A DNA stretch of 64,000 bases from an uncultured virus (IMG/VR IMGVR_UViG_3300037043_000022) (taxonomy: Duplodnaviria; Heunggongvirae; Uroviricota; Caudoviricetes): the IMG/VR virus record IMGVR_UViG_3300037043_000022; one strand, written 5' to 3'. Position 1 is the stretch's first letter. Each line of letters opens with the position of its first letter. Below, piece after piece: positions 29,083 to 39,036 of the stretch. The position numbers and the translations under genes were made by a program. The notes below the pieces were generated by a model. That model made no database searches and had not been told where the DNA came from. It saw only the letters and a list, made by a program, of their open reading frames with translations.

Positions 29083-29155
29083 CAAGACCAAAAAAGCTGA
29101 GAAGTATGGCACGAAAGTGATTAGCGAGGAACAATTTTTGGAGATGATCAAATGA
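29066..29155 (+). pseudogene. displaced second copy of the ligase 3' end
   Basis: Encodes PSSQSSKTKKAEKYGTKVISEEQFLEMIK*, 27/29 aa identical to ligase 28203-28289. Confidence 0.9.
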
Positions 29156-29403
29156 AGACAAAAACGATGATGACCAAGACAACGAAGGCCGAGGATTTTA
29201 CCATCTACAGTTTAGGAATCTGTTATGCTTCCGTCTGTACGAGTTTGACGAATAGGGAAGCGACGAGAAGGCTTAACTCGGAACAACCGGTGAACAGTGG
29301 ATGGAAAGTCTCCAAAGATAAAAAGTTTCACAGTGGTCAACCGAATCCCTGTCGTTGCGAAGACAATCCTAAGACGCACCGACACATTCTCTTTAGCTGT
29401 TAG
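29152..29403 (+). CDS. hypothetical protein
   Basis: Coupled (ATGA) to the displaced ligase tail. Confidence 0.65.
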   Translation: MKTKTMMTKTTKAEDFTIYSLGICYASVCTSLTNREATRRLNSEQPVNSGWKVSKDKKFHSGQPNPCRCEDNPKTHRHILFSC

Positions 29404-29415
29404 GAGTAGGAAAGA

Positions 29416-29619
29416 ATGAAGACCAAAACGATTACAATCCCGGCTGAAATCTACGACGATTTTCTGAATCTGCTCGACGTTGCACAATCCTCGATCTCGG
29501 ATGAAATGAAATTGAAATGTTCGCCTAAAGAACGAAAAACGTTGAAATTTGTCCGCAAATTGTTAGGCAATAAAGCATCACAACCGACCACGGACGGAAT
29601 TTACTCGGAAAGAGATTAG
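29416..29619 (+). CDS. hypothetical protein
   Basis: AGGAG RBS. Confidence 0.55.
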   Translation: MKTKTITIPAEIYDDFLNLLDVAQSSISDEMKLKCSPKERKTLKFVRKLLGNKASQPTTDGIYSERD

Positions 29620-29622
29620 GAG

Positions 29623-30024
29623 ATGAAAATGGCAAAGCTTGAAGCCGGCATGGTCGTTTACGCCGACAATTTTTATCAGGGGCTGACGAAGTTCGTGATT
29701 TCGCGTACGACGGAAAAGCAAGCCGTCGTTGAAAGGATGAAGCCGCAGCCGCCCATCAAATTCTATCGTGAAATCTACACATATGATCAAGTGAGGATAG
29801 TTGGCGGTCAAAGCTACGATCGCGTGATTTATCGCGTCGAAACTGAAGATCTTAAATGTCGGTATCTCAAACAATGTCTGACTCGTAAATTCGAGAAGAT
29901 TGACGTCAAGACGCTGACCGTCGAGCAATTGAAGGCCATCGTCAACGTCGCTTTCCCCGCACGGAGCGGCGACCTCGTTGCCGATACGGACCGGCAGAAG
30001 GAGGAGAGCGAAAATGGCGCATAA
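29623..30024 (+). CDS. hypothetical protein
   Basis: AGGAG RBS. Confidence 0.6.
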   Translation: MKMAKLEAGMVVYADNFYQGLTKFVISRTTEKQAVVERMKPQPPIKFYREIYTYDQVRIVGGQSYDRVIYRVETEDLKCRYLKQCLTRKFEKIDVKTLTVEQLKAIVNVAFPARSGDLVADTDRQKEESENGA

Positions 30025-30517
30025 AAGATGCAAAGCGTGTGAGAGTCGTGGTTACTTGCTCGTTGAAAACGACGTCCATGGCGTCCGCATTGAGCGTTGC
30101 GACGCTTGCGGTAAATTTGAATCCGATGCCGCAGTCCATGAGCACGTCTTCAAAGCGGTGTCACAAACCGAAAGCAAAAATGGGGAGGAAAAAGATGAGA
30201 AAATTCACGATCCAAAACGACAATGATGCAAATGATTCATTCGTAGTCAAAGCAATTGACGTGCAGGATGCTGCATTGGAGGCGCTCAACATGTTGGGTT
30301 GGCGTCTAATAGTACACGCAAACGTTAAGACAAACGTTAAGGCTGGCTCTTTCTACGTCTTATCTGCTGGCAAATTGATCGGACCATTCCTTACCAAGAA
30401 AGAGCGCAACAAACACATCGTTGAATTTCGAAAGAAGCAACATGATTCCGTTCCCCTGACCGAACGAATGAAATGTTTCAAACTTGACATGGCTAACAAC
30501 GTGCCTAGGATTTACCA

Positions 30518-30769
30518 GTGATGGTGAAACAGGAATTCACGCATGCTTATCTCACTTACTGCAAAGCTCGTGGATTCCCAGATGATCCGGAAGCGTGCTT
30601 ACAAGATGATGACCTGAAATGGCCGGGAGGTAAAATGACCGGTTACATTCTCTGGGTTTCTGCGTGCCGTAAGGCATACGCCAAGGCAACGGGCGACAAG
30701 GGGTGGAACGTTAACGTGTGCCAATTTCAGATATGGTTGTTAAAACATGGACAAACGATAAAGGAATGA
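30518..30769 (+). CDS. hypothetical protein
   Basis: WPGGKMTGYILW motif. Confidence 0.6.
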   Translation: MMVKQEFTHAYLTYCKARGFPDDPEACLQDDDLKWPGGKMTGYILWVSACRKAYAKATGDKGWNVNVCQFQIWLLKHGQTIKE

Positions 30770-30772
30770 AAC

Positions 30773-31168
30773 ATGGATTTCAAGGAATGGCTGGACATGC
30801 GCATCGATGAAATGGCGAAGAACAAATTGTTCAAAGAGGCAGGAATTGGGATTTGGATCAACCCCGATGACAAGGCATTCACCTTCAAGGATGTCATTCA
30901 CAATGAGTGGGCAATCGCTCACGGCCTAAACATGAGCGACATGTTAAAGACTGGTTGGGTAAGAATGCGCATCATGCCCGACAAAACGGCATGCGCCGAG
31001 ACAACCAGACCCATTATGTTCAAGCATTCGGCAATATGGCCGATCATATCATTGGCTGATCAACATGCGGTCCATAAAGTACAATTGCTTCTTAATGGAA
31101 GAGAATCCATTTTGTCTAAGAACAACGTCGGTTGGGAACTCGATGGTAAATCATTGGTAAATCATTGA
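30773..31168 (+). CDS. hypothetical protein, paralog of 3201
   Basis: GIWINP...HNEWA...GWVRMR. Confidence 0.65.
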   Translation: MDFKEWLDMRIDEMAKNKLFKEAGIGIWINPDDKAFTFKDVIHNEWAIAHGLNMSDMLKTGWVRMRIMPDKTACAETTRPIMFKHSAIWPIISLADQHAVHKVQLLLNGRESILSKNNVGWELDGKSLVNH

Positions 31169-31198
31169 GTGACGTTTCCGAATCACGAAGGAGGAATA

Positions 31199-31819
31199 AT
31201 GTTTAGAAGATACTGTGACGACTGCGTAAGGCGGCTCCCGAATTGTCTGAATGAATTTGAAGAAGGAAAATATTCTGCAGAATTCAAGGCAGATGGTTAC
31301 AGGGTTCATTTGGAATTTACTGATCATGGCATCGTGCCATGGTCCAGAAAGTGGAAAAAGCACCCAATCTCAAAGGAGATGGCGACACTCTTAAAAGAAA
31401 AATTAAGCTTTCCACGCGGCACGATTCTAGATGGAGAATGGCTCGAACGTCGTACGGTTGGACCGGAAACGATCATTCTGTGGGATGCAATGTTCCATGC
31501 CGGTGAATGGTTGGGTGGGATGACATACGCAGAAAGAATGAATTTCCTTGATTGCGTGCCAAACGTCTGGAATGACGACACGCTGAAGAATTTTTCGACG
31601 TTGCCTGGCCCAATATTGACGGTGACGCATCGAACGCGTAAAAGTTTTGTTGAAGCGTTCGAATTGTCGAAATCGCTCCCATGGACGGAAGGATTGGTCA
31701 TCAAAGCATTAGATTCAACGTTGGTCGGTTCGATCAAAGAACGAACGGTCAACTATGCTTGGACCAAATGTAAATGGCGCGGCGGATCCGATGGCAACAA
31801 AATGGGCGTACAAACGTAA
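31199..31819 (+). CDS. stand-alone ATP-dependent ligase/capping-type adenylation domain
   Basis: KADG (motif I), ILDGE (III), LWD (IIIa), EGLVIK (IV), WTKCK (V); no OB-fold follows. Confidence 0.8.
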   Translation: MFRRYCDDCVRRLPNCLNEFEEGKYSAEFKADGYRVHLEFTDHGIVPWSRKWKKHPISKEMATLLKEKLSFPRGTILDGEWLERRTVGPETIILWDAMFHAGEWLGGMTYAERMNFLDCVPNVWNDDTLKNFSTLPGPILTVTHRTRKSFVEAFELSKSLPWTEGLVIKALDSTLVGSIKERTVNYAWTKCKWRGGSDGNKMGVQT

Positions 31820-31836
31820 TTTCTACCTGATGTAAA

Positions 31837-31860
31837 ATTTCATGCCATGTGGCATGAAAT
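31837..31860. promoter_or_regulatory. 24-bp palindrome, possible operator
   Basis: atttcatgcca-tg-tggcatgaaat; a 2-nt spacer favours a DNA site over an RNA hairpin. Confidence 0.5.
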
Positions 31861-31898
31861 GATTACATAATGGCTGAGAATCAGAGGAGAAAACGAAC

Positions 31899-32570
31899 AT
31901 GGCTAAAGACAAAAAGTCAGACAAAAGTGCACCGCTCGGTGGCGTATTAGGTGGTTTGATCAAGAAAGCTGCACCGTCTTCCAGTAAGGCAAAAGAAGAA
32001 AAACCACGCATCAATCTTCCCGATCTGGACATGGCCGTTGATGGCTTCATTAAAGCGGCCGAGGACTTCAAAGATGCCGAGGGACGGAAGGAACAATTCA
32101 AAGGCATCATCGCTAAGAGCATCGAAGGTGAGCACAAGAAAGCCTGTCGTGACGGTAGCGGCTACAAAGGCTCCGTCAAACTGAACGACAAGCTTCTCTG
32201 CTACGTACAATACAACGAATTGCACCAAACGGTGGTCAAGGGTGCTGGCGAAGAAACCGCAGCCAAAGTCAATGAAGTCTTGGATGAAGCCAAGAAAGCA
32301 TTTGGTGATGAGGTAGATAGATTCTTCTCTACCAAGTATTCAATCGCTCTGAAGAAAGAAGGACAGGATGACGAAACGTTGCGGAAAATCATCGAAGCAG
32401 TTGGTGGCCCGGAAAGATTCAATGAGTTGTTCGCGATTAATGTGACGCTCTTTACCACCAAAGAACTGCACGAACGACGCTTCATTGACGCTGATGTAGA
32501 TAAAAAGGCAAAAGTCCTTGAAACGATGGGATTTGTCAAGAAATACAGTCCTTCTTTAAAACCAGATTAA
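31899..32570 (+). CDS. hypothetical protein
   Basis: GAGGAG RBS, 223 aa, followed by a terminator. Confidence 0.7.
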   Translation: MAKDKKSDKSAPLGGVLGGLIKKAAPSSSKAKEEKPRINLPDLDMAVDGFIKAAEDFKDAEGRKEQFKGIIAKSIEGEHKKACRDGSGYKGSVKLNDKLLCYVQYNELHQTVVKGAGEETAAKVNEVLDEAKKAFGDEVDRFFSTKYSIALKKEGQDDETLRKIIEAVGGPERFNELFAINVTLFTTKELHERRFIDADVDKKAKVLETMGFVKKYSPSLKPD

Positions 32571-32595
32571 CATAAATAAAATAGCAGGGGGGGGT

Positions 32596-32640
32596 AGCAA
32601 CGCGAGGGGGATTCTCCCTCGCGTTGCTGTCGTTTATTTG
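32596..32640 (+). terminator. intrinsic terminator candidate
   Basis: agcaacgcgaggg.../...ccctcgcgttgct then T-rich sequence. Confidence 0.6.
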
Positions 32641-32647
32641 TCAAGAA

Positions 32648-32675
32648 TTGACAAATGTGAAAACATTGATAAAAG
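32648..32675 (+). promoter_or_regulatory. putative promoter TTGACA-N16-TAAAAG
   Basis: Lies directly after the terminator and before the sigma gene. Confidence 0.45.
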
Positions 32676-32708
32676 GAAATGACGTAATGTGAGAATGGAG
32701 GGTTACAA

Positions 32709-33806
32709 ATGCAAGAGGAAGTCGGGATGACCACACGAAGAAATACGTTGACGGAAAAACCAATCAATCCACAATATATGGATGAAGCCGGACGATTGCT
32801 GACCGAAGACGAATCGAAACGTCTCCAAGCAGAGGGTATCAGGACGATCCGACTGGTGCCAGACGATGAAATGGAAGAACGCATCAAGTTGTGCATGAGC
32901 ATGATCGAACGCGAATCAAGGAGATATTCCAATCCCAAAATCTCCTTCGAAGAGATGAAAGCCAATGCCATATATGCATTGTGGCGTGCCGCCTTAACCG
33001 ACAAGTGGATGCCGACAATTACAATGGAGGGATTCAGTAGGAGATGGGTCCGTCAAATCTGTCAACGGGCAAAATATCATCGCAGCTTGATGAGAGTCCC
33101 ATTGAAGAAACGATGGTTCTGTACCAATCCAAATTGTGAAAATCACAACGTCGGAATGGCTGCCATCCCAAATGCAGACGGTACGGTAAAATGTCCATCT
33201 TGTGATTACAATCTCAAACATAAATTGCCCCCAATGATGGTACAGATTGATCCGCTCGACAAGGATAAAGATGATCAGTACAAGCTTGATCTTGTGGATA
33301 AGGGAATGCCGGAAGAGTTGAAAGCAATGACTAAACGTCTCTTTGAAGCAATGCATGAATCTGCCAAAAGTCCAGACCAGAAAGAGATCGTAAACGACTT
33401 ACTGACTGGGTTGCAACCGGTCGACATCGCCAGAAATCGTAAAGTCAGCCGACAGATGATCCACATGACGATTGACAAATTGAAAGGTCGTGCCATAACC
33501 ATCATTCTTGAGGAATACCCACGCGAGGACGTGGACCGCGTGCTTGGCAGAGACGTGGTGGACAAAATTCTCGATACGACGCAAAAAGTCAGTGAGCACA
33601 AACGGCAACGCATTGAACGAAAGAAAAAGAATAAAAAAGACATGATGAATGAGGCCAGAATCATGGCCGGTGAACAGTCCGATGAATTGTCAAAAGAACA
33701 AGCCGAGGCCAACGACCGACGATTACGATTAAAGAACGAATTGCGTGGCACCATAATGGCAAGAGTGACGGCAGAGTTGGAAAGGAGGTCTGATGCCAAC
33801 GTTTAG
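32709..33806 (+). CDS. sigma70-family-like factor with inserted Zn ribbon
   Basis: Region 2-like FEEMKANAIYALWRAA; region 4-like LQPVDIARNRKVSRQMIH; CTNPNC...CPSC between them. Confidence 0.6.
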   Translation: MQEEVGMTTRRNTLTEKPINPQYMDEAGRLLTEDESKRLQAEGIRTIRLVPDDEMEERIKLCMSMIERESRRYSNPKISFEEMKANAIYALWRAALTDKWMPTITMEGFSRRWVRQICQRAKYHRSLMRVPLKKRWFCTNPNCENHNVGMAAIPNADGTVKCPSCDYNLKHKLPPMMVQIDPLDKDKDDQYKLDLVDKGMPEELKAMTKRLFEAMHESAKSPDQKEIVNDLLTGLQPVDIARNRKVSRQMIHMTIDKLKGRAITIILEEYPREDVDRVLGRDVVDKILDTTQKVSEHKRQRIERKKKNKKDMMNEARIMAGEQSDELSKEQAEANDRRLRLKNELRGTIMARVTAELERRSDANV

Positions 33807-34827
33807 CAACACACATGACACGATCATGGCTTGGCAATCCGGTGCAATGGCATATGCTGGATTGAATTATGAGGAAATCATCTCGCCGAAAACCTTATCA
33901 AGATTTTTACAATTCTACCAGGCGGCACATTACAACGGTCTTGAGCTAAACGTCGTCGGACCAAATGAGAGAGACTGTAAACGATTGGATTTCATCAGCA
34001 AGTTCTATCGAAAGTTCATCCACAAAGAGATCGGATTGGAATTCAAATGCGTACACGAAAACGACGCATCGCTGGCCGAATGGCGTAATGCACATAGTCC
34101 ATCACGTCAGAAATGGGAAACGTTCAAAGCAAGGTTTTGGACGTTCATCGGTTGGGCATACGGTGCCAAACATCTTGTCGGTGCGAACGACCAAACTGGG
34201 GTCGGCAATGCAATGTTCGGACTTGAAGGTCTGCGCAAGGCAACTGGATTGGAGTTCGAGGAATTCAAATTACATGCTTGTTGGCGACCCCTATCATGGG
34301 AAGAATTCTGTTGGAGCGAACGCTGCAAACTGCGTCATAAAGATGAAATTGGTACTTATTCATTACCCAAGAAGGTCTTTCCAGCGGCGGAAGTATCAAG
34401 CAGACCAATGATTTATAGGTGGTCGCCAGAAGTGCCGGACAAAGTAAGAGAGACCGATTACAGTCTGAAGCTCCCGACTGAAACCGAATTGAAATATGGT
34501 CGAAATTTACTGACCAAAGAAATCATCTTAAGTGGACAAGACTGGGAAACGGCTTGTGAAGATGAAATGAAACGGTTGTGGGGGTTGTGGGTAGAAGAAG
34601 TGATTAAACCGCAGGAGGCGGATTTAGCTGAATGCCTGACACAATCAGAAGCACAGGCTGACACATTGATTAAACGCCAAGATGAACTGAAACGCATGGA
34701 TGCCAGCATTGAACGCACGAAGGAACTCGCCATTGAACGAATTGAAGCGAGTGAGGAATGCCTCAAAATATTCAGTTCATTCAATGCACTCTTTGATAAA
34801 GGATGCAAAAATGAAGACAAATCTTGA
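33793..34827 (+). CDS. hypothetical protein
   Basis: AAGGAGGT RBS, 344 aa. Confidence 0.7.
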   Translation: MPTFSNTHDTIMAWQSGAMAYAGLNYEEIISPKTLSRFLQFYQAAHYNGLELNVVGPNERDCKRLDFISKFYRKFIHKEIGLEFKCVHENDASLAEWRNAHSPSRQKWETFKARFWTFIGWAYGAKHLVGANDQTGVGNAMFGLEGLRKATGLEFEEFKLHACWRPLSWEEFCWSERCKLRHKDEIGTYSLPKKVFPAAEVSSRPMIYRWSPEVPDKVRETDYSLKLPTETELKYGRNLLTKEIILSGQDWETACEDEMKRLWGLWVEEVIKPQEADLAECLTQSEAQADTLIKRQDELKRMDASIERTKELAIERIEASEECLKIFSSFNALFDKGCKNEDKS

Positions 34828-35233
34828 ACGATACATGTTAGTGACCATATCGGAAGTCGACGGCCAGGGTGATGACATATTTGTCGTAGATAGGATCAAT
34901 CTGCCATGGGTGTATATCAGAGACAGAGACAAGACTCGTAAGATGCATTATACCCGCATCTTTCAGGTGCCGACCGTCAAAGTGACGAATTACAGACATT
35001 GGTTGAAATCCGGACAAATGGGCGGCATCACCAATCACATCGCATTGATAAACGACAGTAAATTCATCATATTCTCTACTATGACCGCAGAGGAGGAAGA
35101 CGCTGCCCTGACAGCCATCAGAGAACACAAGAGAGTGAAAGGCGGACAGAAATACTCAATCAGAAATGAGAAACATTTGAACAAACTGATGTTACGATGG
35201 CAATCAAAAGGTTACGTAGAATGCAAAGAATAA
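34811..35233 (+). CDS. hypothetical protein
   Basis: MKTNLE start after AAGGA. Confidence 0.55.
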   Translation: MKTNLERYMLVTISEVDGQGDDIFVVDRINLPWVYIRDRDKTRKMHYTRIFQVPTVKVTNYRHWLKSGQMGGITNHIALINDSKFIIFSTMTAEEEDAALTAIREHKRVKGGQKYSIRNEKHLNKLMLRWQSKGYVECKE

Positions 35234-35243
35234 GGAGGGAAAG

Positions 35244-35582
35244 ATGTCAAATGAACCTGAACAACCAAATGCATTATTGGAAGTGTTAAAATCAGAAATC
35301 TTATTGAAAGCCAAAACCCCATTTGACATAGACGTCTCGAAATCACAGTGCACCATCAAAATGAATTGGCGTCACGTAGTCGTTATTACGATAACCGACC
35401 ATACACTCGACATCAGCGGCAATTTCGATCGTGAATCCATCCCACTTGAAAGACTGAAACCGGTACGATTGGCGTCGGCAATCGCACGATATGTAGATCA
35501 GATAACCATCGAAAATAATAAAATAATAGCTGAACTTCGCAAAAATTACGCCTATGCTAAAGACGAAAAAAGTGAACAATAA
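35244..35582 (+). CDS. hypothetical protein
   Basis: AAGGAGG RBS. Confidence 0.6.
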   Translation: MSNEPEQPNALLEVLKSEILLKAKTPFDIDVSKSQCTIKMNWRHVVVITITDHTLDISGNFDRESIPLERLKPVRLASAIARYVDQITIENNKIIAELRKNYAYAKDEKSEQ

Positions 35583-36148
35583 TGCATTGGATGATGGAAG
35601 TGACCAAGAAACAGTTACAAGACATACTCCGAGTATTAAAGAAAAATAAGGAGTATGAGAACATGGACGATGCGGTTTTAGTAGAAATGTTGCTTAAGGA
35701 CGAGATTAATTGGAATATTTTAATAGATAATTTAAGACCAGGTCAACGATTTCCAGCATTGTGTATGGCAGCAATTATGACCGATGGTCAACACATAAAA
35801 TATGTCCCGAAGCAGACGCCAGAATTATGCATGATGGCAGTAAAACAAAATGGAATGGCATTAAGCAATGTGCATCGGCGATACCTGACGCCTGAACTCT
35901 ATAGGGCGGCCATAACACAGAATGGTGGTGCGATAGCATACTTAGAGGAGAAGAGGAAGACGCCAGAATTGTGTAAATTGGCCATAGAAGGTCCGGACGG
36001 TGATTGGGCGATGCAATTCATCAAACAAACACCCGAATTGTGCAGAGAAGCAGTAAAACGACATGGCAGATCGGCAATCAATCATGTCAAAGACGTTGAA
36101 CTCAGAAAAAGACTCCAGAAGGAATTCCTAGAAAGGAAATCCCAATGA
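35582..36148 (+). CDS. divergent DUF4116-type repeat protein with MHW leader
   Basis: MHWMMEVTKKQLQDI; TPELC repeats. Confidence 0.8.
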   Translation: MHWMMEVTKKQLQDILRVLKKNKEYENMDDAVLVEMLLKDEINWNILIDNLRPGQRFPALCMAAIMTDGQHIKYVPKQTPELCMMAVKQNGMALSNVHRRYLTPELYRAAITQNGGAIAYLEEKRKTPELCKLAIEGPDGDWAMQFIKQTPELCREAVKRHGRSAINHVKDVELRKRLQKEFLERKSQ

Positions 36149-36313
36149 ATCCTAGAATCATCAGCGCAATCAACGCAGTGCGACGACGAATGCAATCGGA
36201 AATAATGAAGCTAAAATTCTCCACTAATCCAAGAGAACGTCGGAGGGCAGACATGTTACAAATCCGCGTGTCCGGCGTAGAATTGACTCTAAAACTGATT
36301 GAGGGTGTGAAAA

Positions 36314-36934
36314 ATGTCGAGATCCGATAGAATGGCCAAACGGACGACGCATTGCACCAAATGTGGCATCTACGTTGGAGAATATGGTACGCCACAGGCA
36401 GACAATCCCTTGTTTGGAATCAGAGGACAATGTTATTGTTTCGAATGTCGATTCAATCATGAATATGCAACCAAAGAGTGGTATGACGGACTGAAACAAA
36501 ATACGGTCGCATATGATGCACCGGAACCGTATCATCCAGATTGGATGTGTGAAATCAAAGAAAGGGAAGTCGGCGTCGTTATCAAAGATCCAATAGAAGA
36601 CCATTGGTTTGATTATGAAAAATATCAAGCGACGATGACCGACAGAAGATTAATGGGGCTGGTAATTTTCGAATACGTTCTGTGTGCACGCAAATCGCCA
36701 TACGAAAATCTGAAAATCTGGAATCGACGAAGAAGTCAGATCATGACACGTCTCAACGAACTGTATTCATACGGGAAAGATGAAGTATATGCCGTCTGTA
36801 GTTATGCAGCAGCATATCATGAAGCAAACAATACAGTCAGAGGTCAGGACATGATGGTCCGTGCGTGTCTGATTTTCTTATTGCGATTGGAACAATTACG
36901 TGAACAATTAGCCATCAAAAAGAAGATGACCTAG
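36314..36934 (+). CDS. hypothetical protein with N-terminal Cys cluster
   Basis: CTKC...CYCFEC. Confidence 0.6.
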   Translation: MSRSDRMAKRTTHCTKCGIYVGEYGTPQADNPLFGIRGQCYCFECRFNHEYATKEWYDGLKQNTVAYDAPEPYHPDWMCEIKEREVGVVIKDPIEDHWFDYEKYQATMTDRRLMGLVIFEYVLCARKSPYENLKIWNRRRSQIMTRLNELYSYGKDEVYAVCSYAAAYHEANNTVRGQDMMVRACLIFLLRLEQLREQLAIKKKMT

Positions 36935-36983
36935 ATGAACCACCTTCTAAGACGGTGCAAGAACAACTGAAAGGAGATAATAA

Positions 36984-37253
36984 ATGGAATATGATCCAGA
37001 TGAAATTCAGGCATCTGCCATAACGGACCCAAAAGAGAGAGAAAGGAAGATGTACAAATTTTTAGACATCCACATGAATTGGATGAAGCTTTCAGAGCAT
37101 GCTAAAAGAGCATTGCAACGAAAAGTACTTGACATGGCCATCGCTGAAGGTTATGATTATCTGGACGCCGCCGACAGGGCCTTGGACATATGCGACGAAA
37201 TGCGTCGCATTGAGAGACGCGGGGAGAAATGCATTACTTATGAAGATAATTAA
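36984..37253 (+). CDS. hypothetical protein
   Basis: AAGGAG RBS. Confidence 0.6.
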   Translation: MEYDPDEIQASAITDPKERERKMYKFLDIHMNWMKLSEHAKRALQRKVLDMAIAEGYDYLDAADRALDICDEMRRIERRGEKCITYEDN

Positions 37254-37701
37254 ACCACGACCACGAGACATGAAACATTGTGATGCATTTGAGAAATACC
37301 TCAAAAAGATAAAATTCAACAAAATTGTTGCCGAAGACGTTGATACGTTTGACGGATTTACAAAATTCATATTAAATACCTATTTTGAGGGCACTGGCAT
37401 TGGACTTAAACTAGGGTCGCATCGCATTTGGTCGGCAGACGATTTGCACAGCATCATCTTCAAAACCGACGACGATTACATTACATATCTTGACATCTTT
37501 CCGTCGTCAAAACAGTTTATGTTCATTTCTGATAAGAATCATAATGACAGCATGCATCCGGATCAAGCCATGATTTATCTGTTGTCTAAACGACATCCCG
37601 GTCAATACTCATGTATGATCGGTGATCATGGCAGCGTCGTCACCATGCAGCATGGCGATGTCACAGTTGAGGTGTGTGACACAAGACGGAAAAAAGTTTG
37701 A
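37240..37701 (+). CDS. hypothetical protein
   Basis: Start uncertain. Confidence 0.5.
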   Translation: MKIIKPRPRDMKHCDAFEKYLKKIKFNKIVAEDVDTFDGFTKFILNTYFEGTGIGLKLGSHRIWSADDLHSIIFKTDDDYITYLDIFPSSKQFMFISDKNHNDSMHPDQAMIYLLSKRHPGQYSCMIGDHGSVVTMQHGDVTVEVCDTRRKKV

Positions 37702-37763
37702 CGTTTTCTGTTTTTAGTGATTGATGTAGACGTATTAATAAACGTAACCTAGGAGAATCAACA

Positions 37764-38249
37764 ATGAACATGATGGACGTATGGACGAAAGACGTGACAT
37801 TAATGCATCGCACGGCATTGGATCTATTTAAATCAAACAAATTGGTCGAGGCCAATGACATAATTTTACATCTTGCGGACATGGCTGAGGAACGCGCATT
37901 GTTTTGTAGACGATCAATTAAACATTCGGATGAATCGGAACGCATTGCCTACGCTAAGATGGCCACTGATTTCTTTGACATCAGGCACGTTTGGATGAAA
38001 CGGCACCTTAAAATCAACAATTACATTTTGATAAGGGAGATGATGACCATGGGTGAGATCACGTTCGAGAAGCTTCCAGACCAAGTAAAAGAATTGCTCG
38101 CAGTGCAGAACATCAGCGTAGAAAAAATCGACGGCATTTCGGCAAAATGTGAAGATGCAACGATCACAGTAACCACTGAACGGCACGATCGACCGTTTAA
38201 GTATGTCGATGGTAGATGGACCGCAATAAAAATCAAAAAGAGAAAATGA
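37764..38249 (+). CDS. hypothetical protein
   Basis: AGGAG RBS. Confidence 0.6.
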   Translation: MNMMDVWTKDVTLMHRTALDLFKSNKLVEANDIILHLADMAEERALFCRRSIKHSDESERIAYAKMATDFFDIRHVWMKRHLKINNYILIREMMTMGEITFEKLPDQVKELLAVQNISVEKIDGISAKCEDATITVTTERHDRPFKYVDGRWTAIKIKKRK

Positions 38250-38284
38250 TTTACGAATTCAACCCATGTCGTTAAAAACGAGGT

Positions 38285-38521
38285 ATGGAGATGAAATCAC
38301 CTAAATATGATGCTTGGGCTAGACTCATTTCGCGTGAATCACATGCGTTCGTAAATTACGATCAATTACCTAAGAGTGCGAATGCGAAACGCCAGATAAA
38401 TGCACTGAAATTGGATAAAAAATGGATGAAAGTTCATTATGGCCAAATATGTAGGCGCATGGATGCATTAATCGATGACATTGAACAAAATGTGGCGCGA
38501 AAGAAAAGCCGACAACGTTGA
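38285..38521 (+). CDS. hypothetical protein
   Basis: GAGG RBS. Confidence 0.55.
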   Translation: MEMKSPKYDAWARLISRESHAFVNYDQLPKSANAKRQINALKLDKKWMKVHYGQICRRMDALIDDIEQNVARKKSRQR

Positions 38522-38581
38522 GCGTGTGGACGTTCAACGCACAAAATGTGGCGCGAGACGCCCAAGATAGGGAGAAGAACG

Positions 38582-39019
38582 ATGCACAAGCAAATGATCG
38601 CTGAATTGAAGAAAAATCTGGAAGATCTGAAACTCGAACGGAGCAAACATGTCGCTGCTCTCAATGAAATCAATGAAATTGCGGCAAGTCTCAACATCAA
38701 CATCGACGTTGATGAAATGCGCCAGACCAGACGGACACGAGGTAAGAACAAAAGCAAGAGCGAGAACGGCAGGGGCCGCAGGGGCCGCAGGGGCCGCAAG
38801 AGTCGCAAGATTCAGAGTCAAACCGTATCAGACAAGGATAGGTTATTCAAGGTCATCTCGCGTAGCATGCAAGACGGAACTAACACCGTTCCAGTGTCAT
38901 TGGTCGCCGGTCGTTGGGCAAAAGGCCGCAATGAAATGGAGGCTTTTCATTATACGTTGATGCGCTTGGTGAAAGGACGCAGAATTACGGTGTCGGACGA
39001 CGTCATTACGTTAAAATAA
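38582..39019 (+). CDS. basic protein: coiled coil, Arg/Gly linker, possible winged helix
   Basis: GRGRRGRRGRKSRK encoded by a 9-bp tandem repeat; C-terminal LMRLVKGRRITV. Confidence 0.6.
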   Translation: MHKQMIAELKKNLEDLKLERSKHVAALNEINEIAASLNINIDVDEMRQTRRTRGKNKSKSENGRGRRGRRGRKSRKIQSQTVSDKDRLFKVISRSMQDGTNTVPVSLVAGRWAKGRNEMEAFHYTLMRLVKGRRITVSDDVITLK

Positions 39020-39036
39020 TTCAAAGGATCGTCGAC

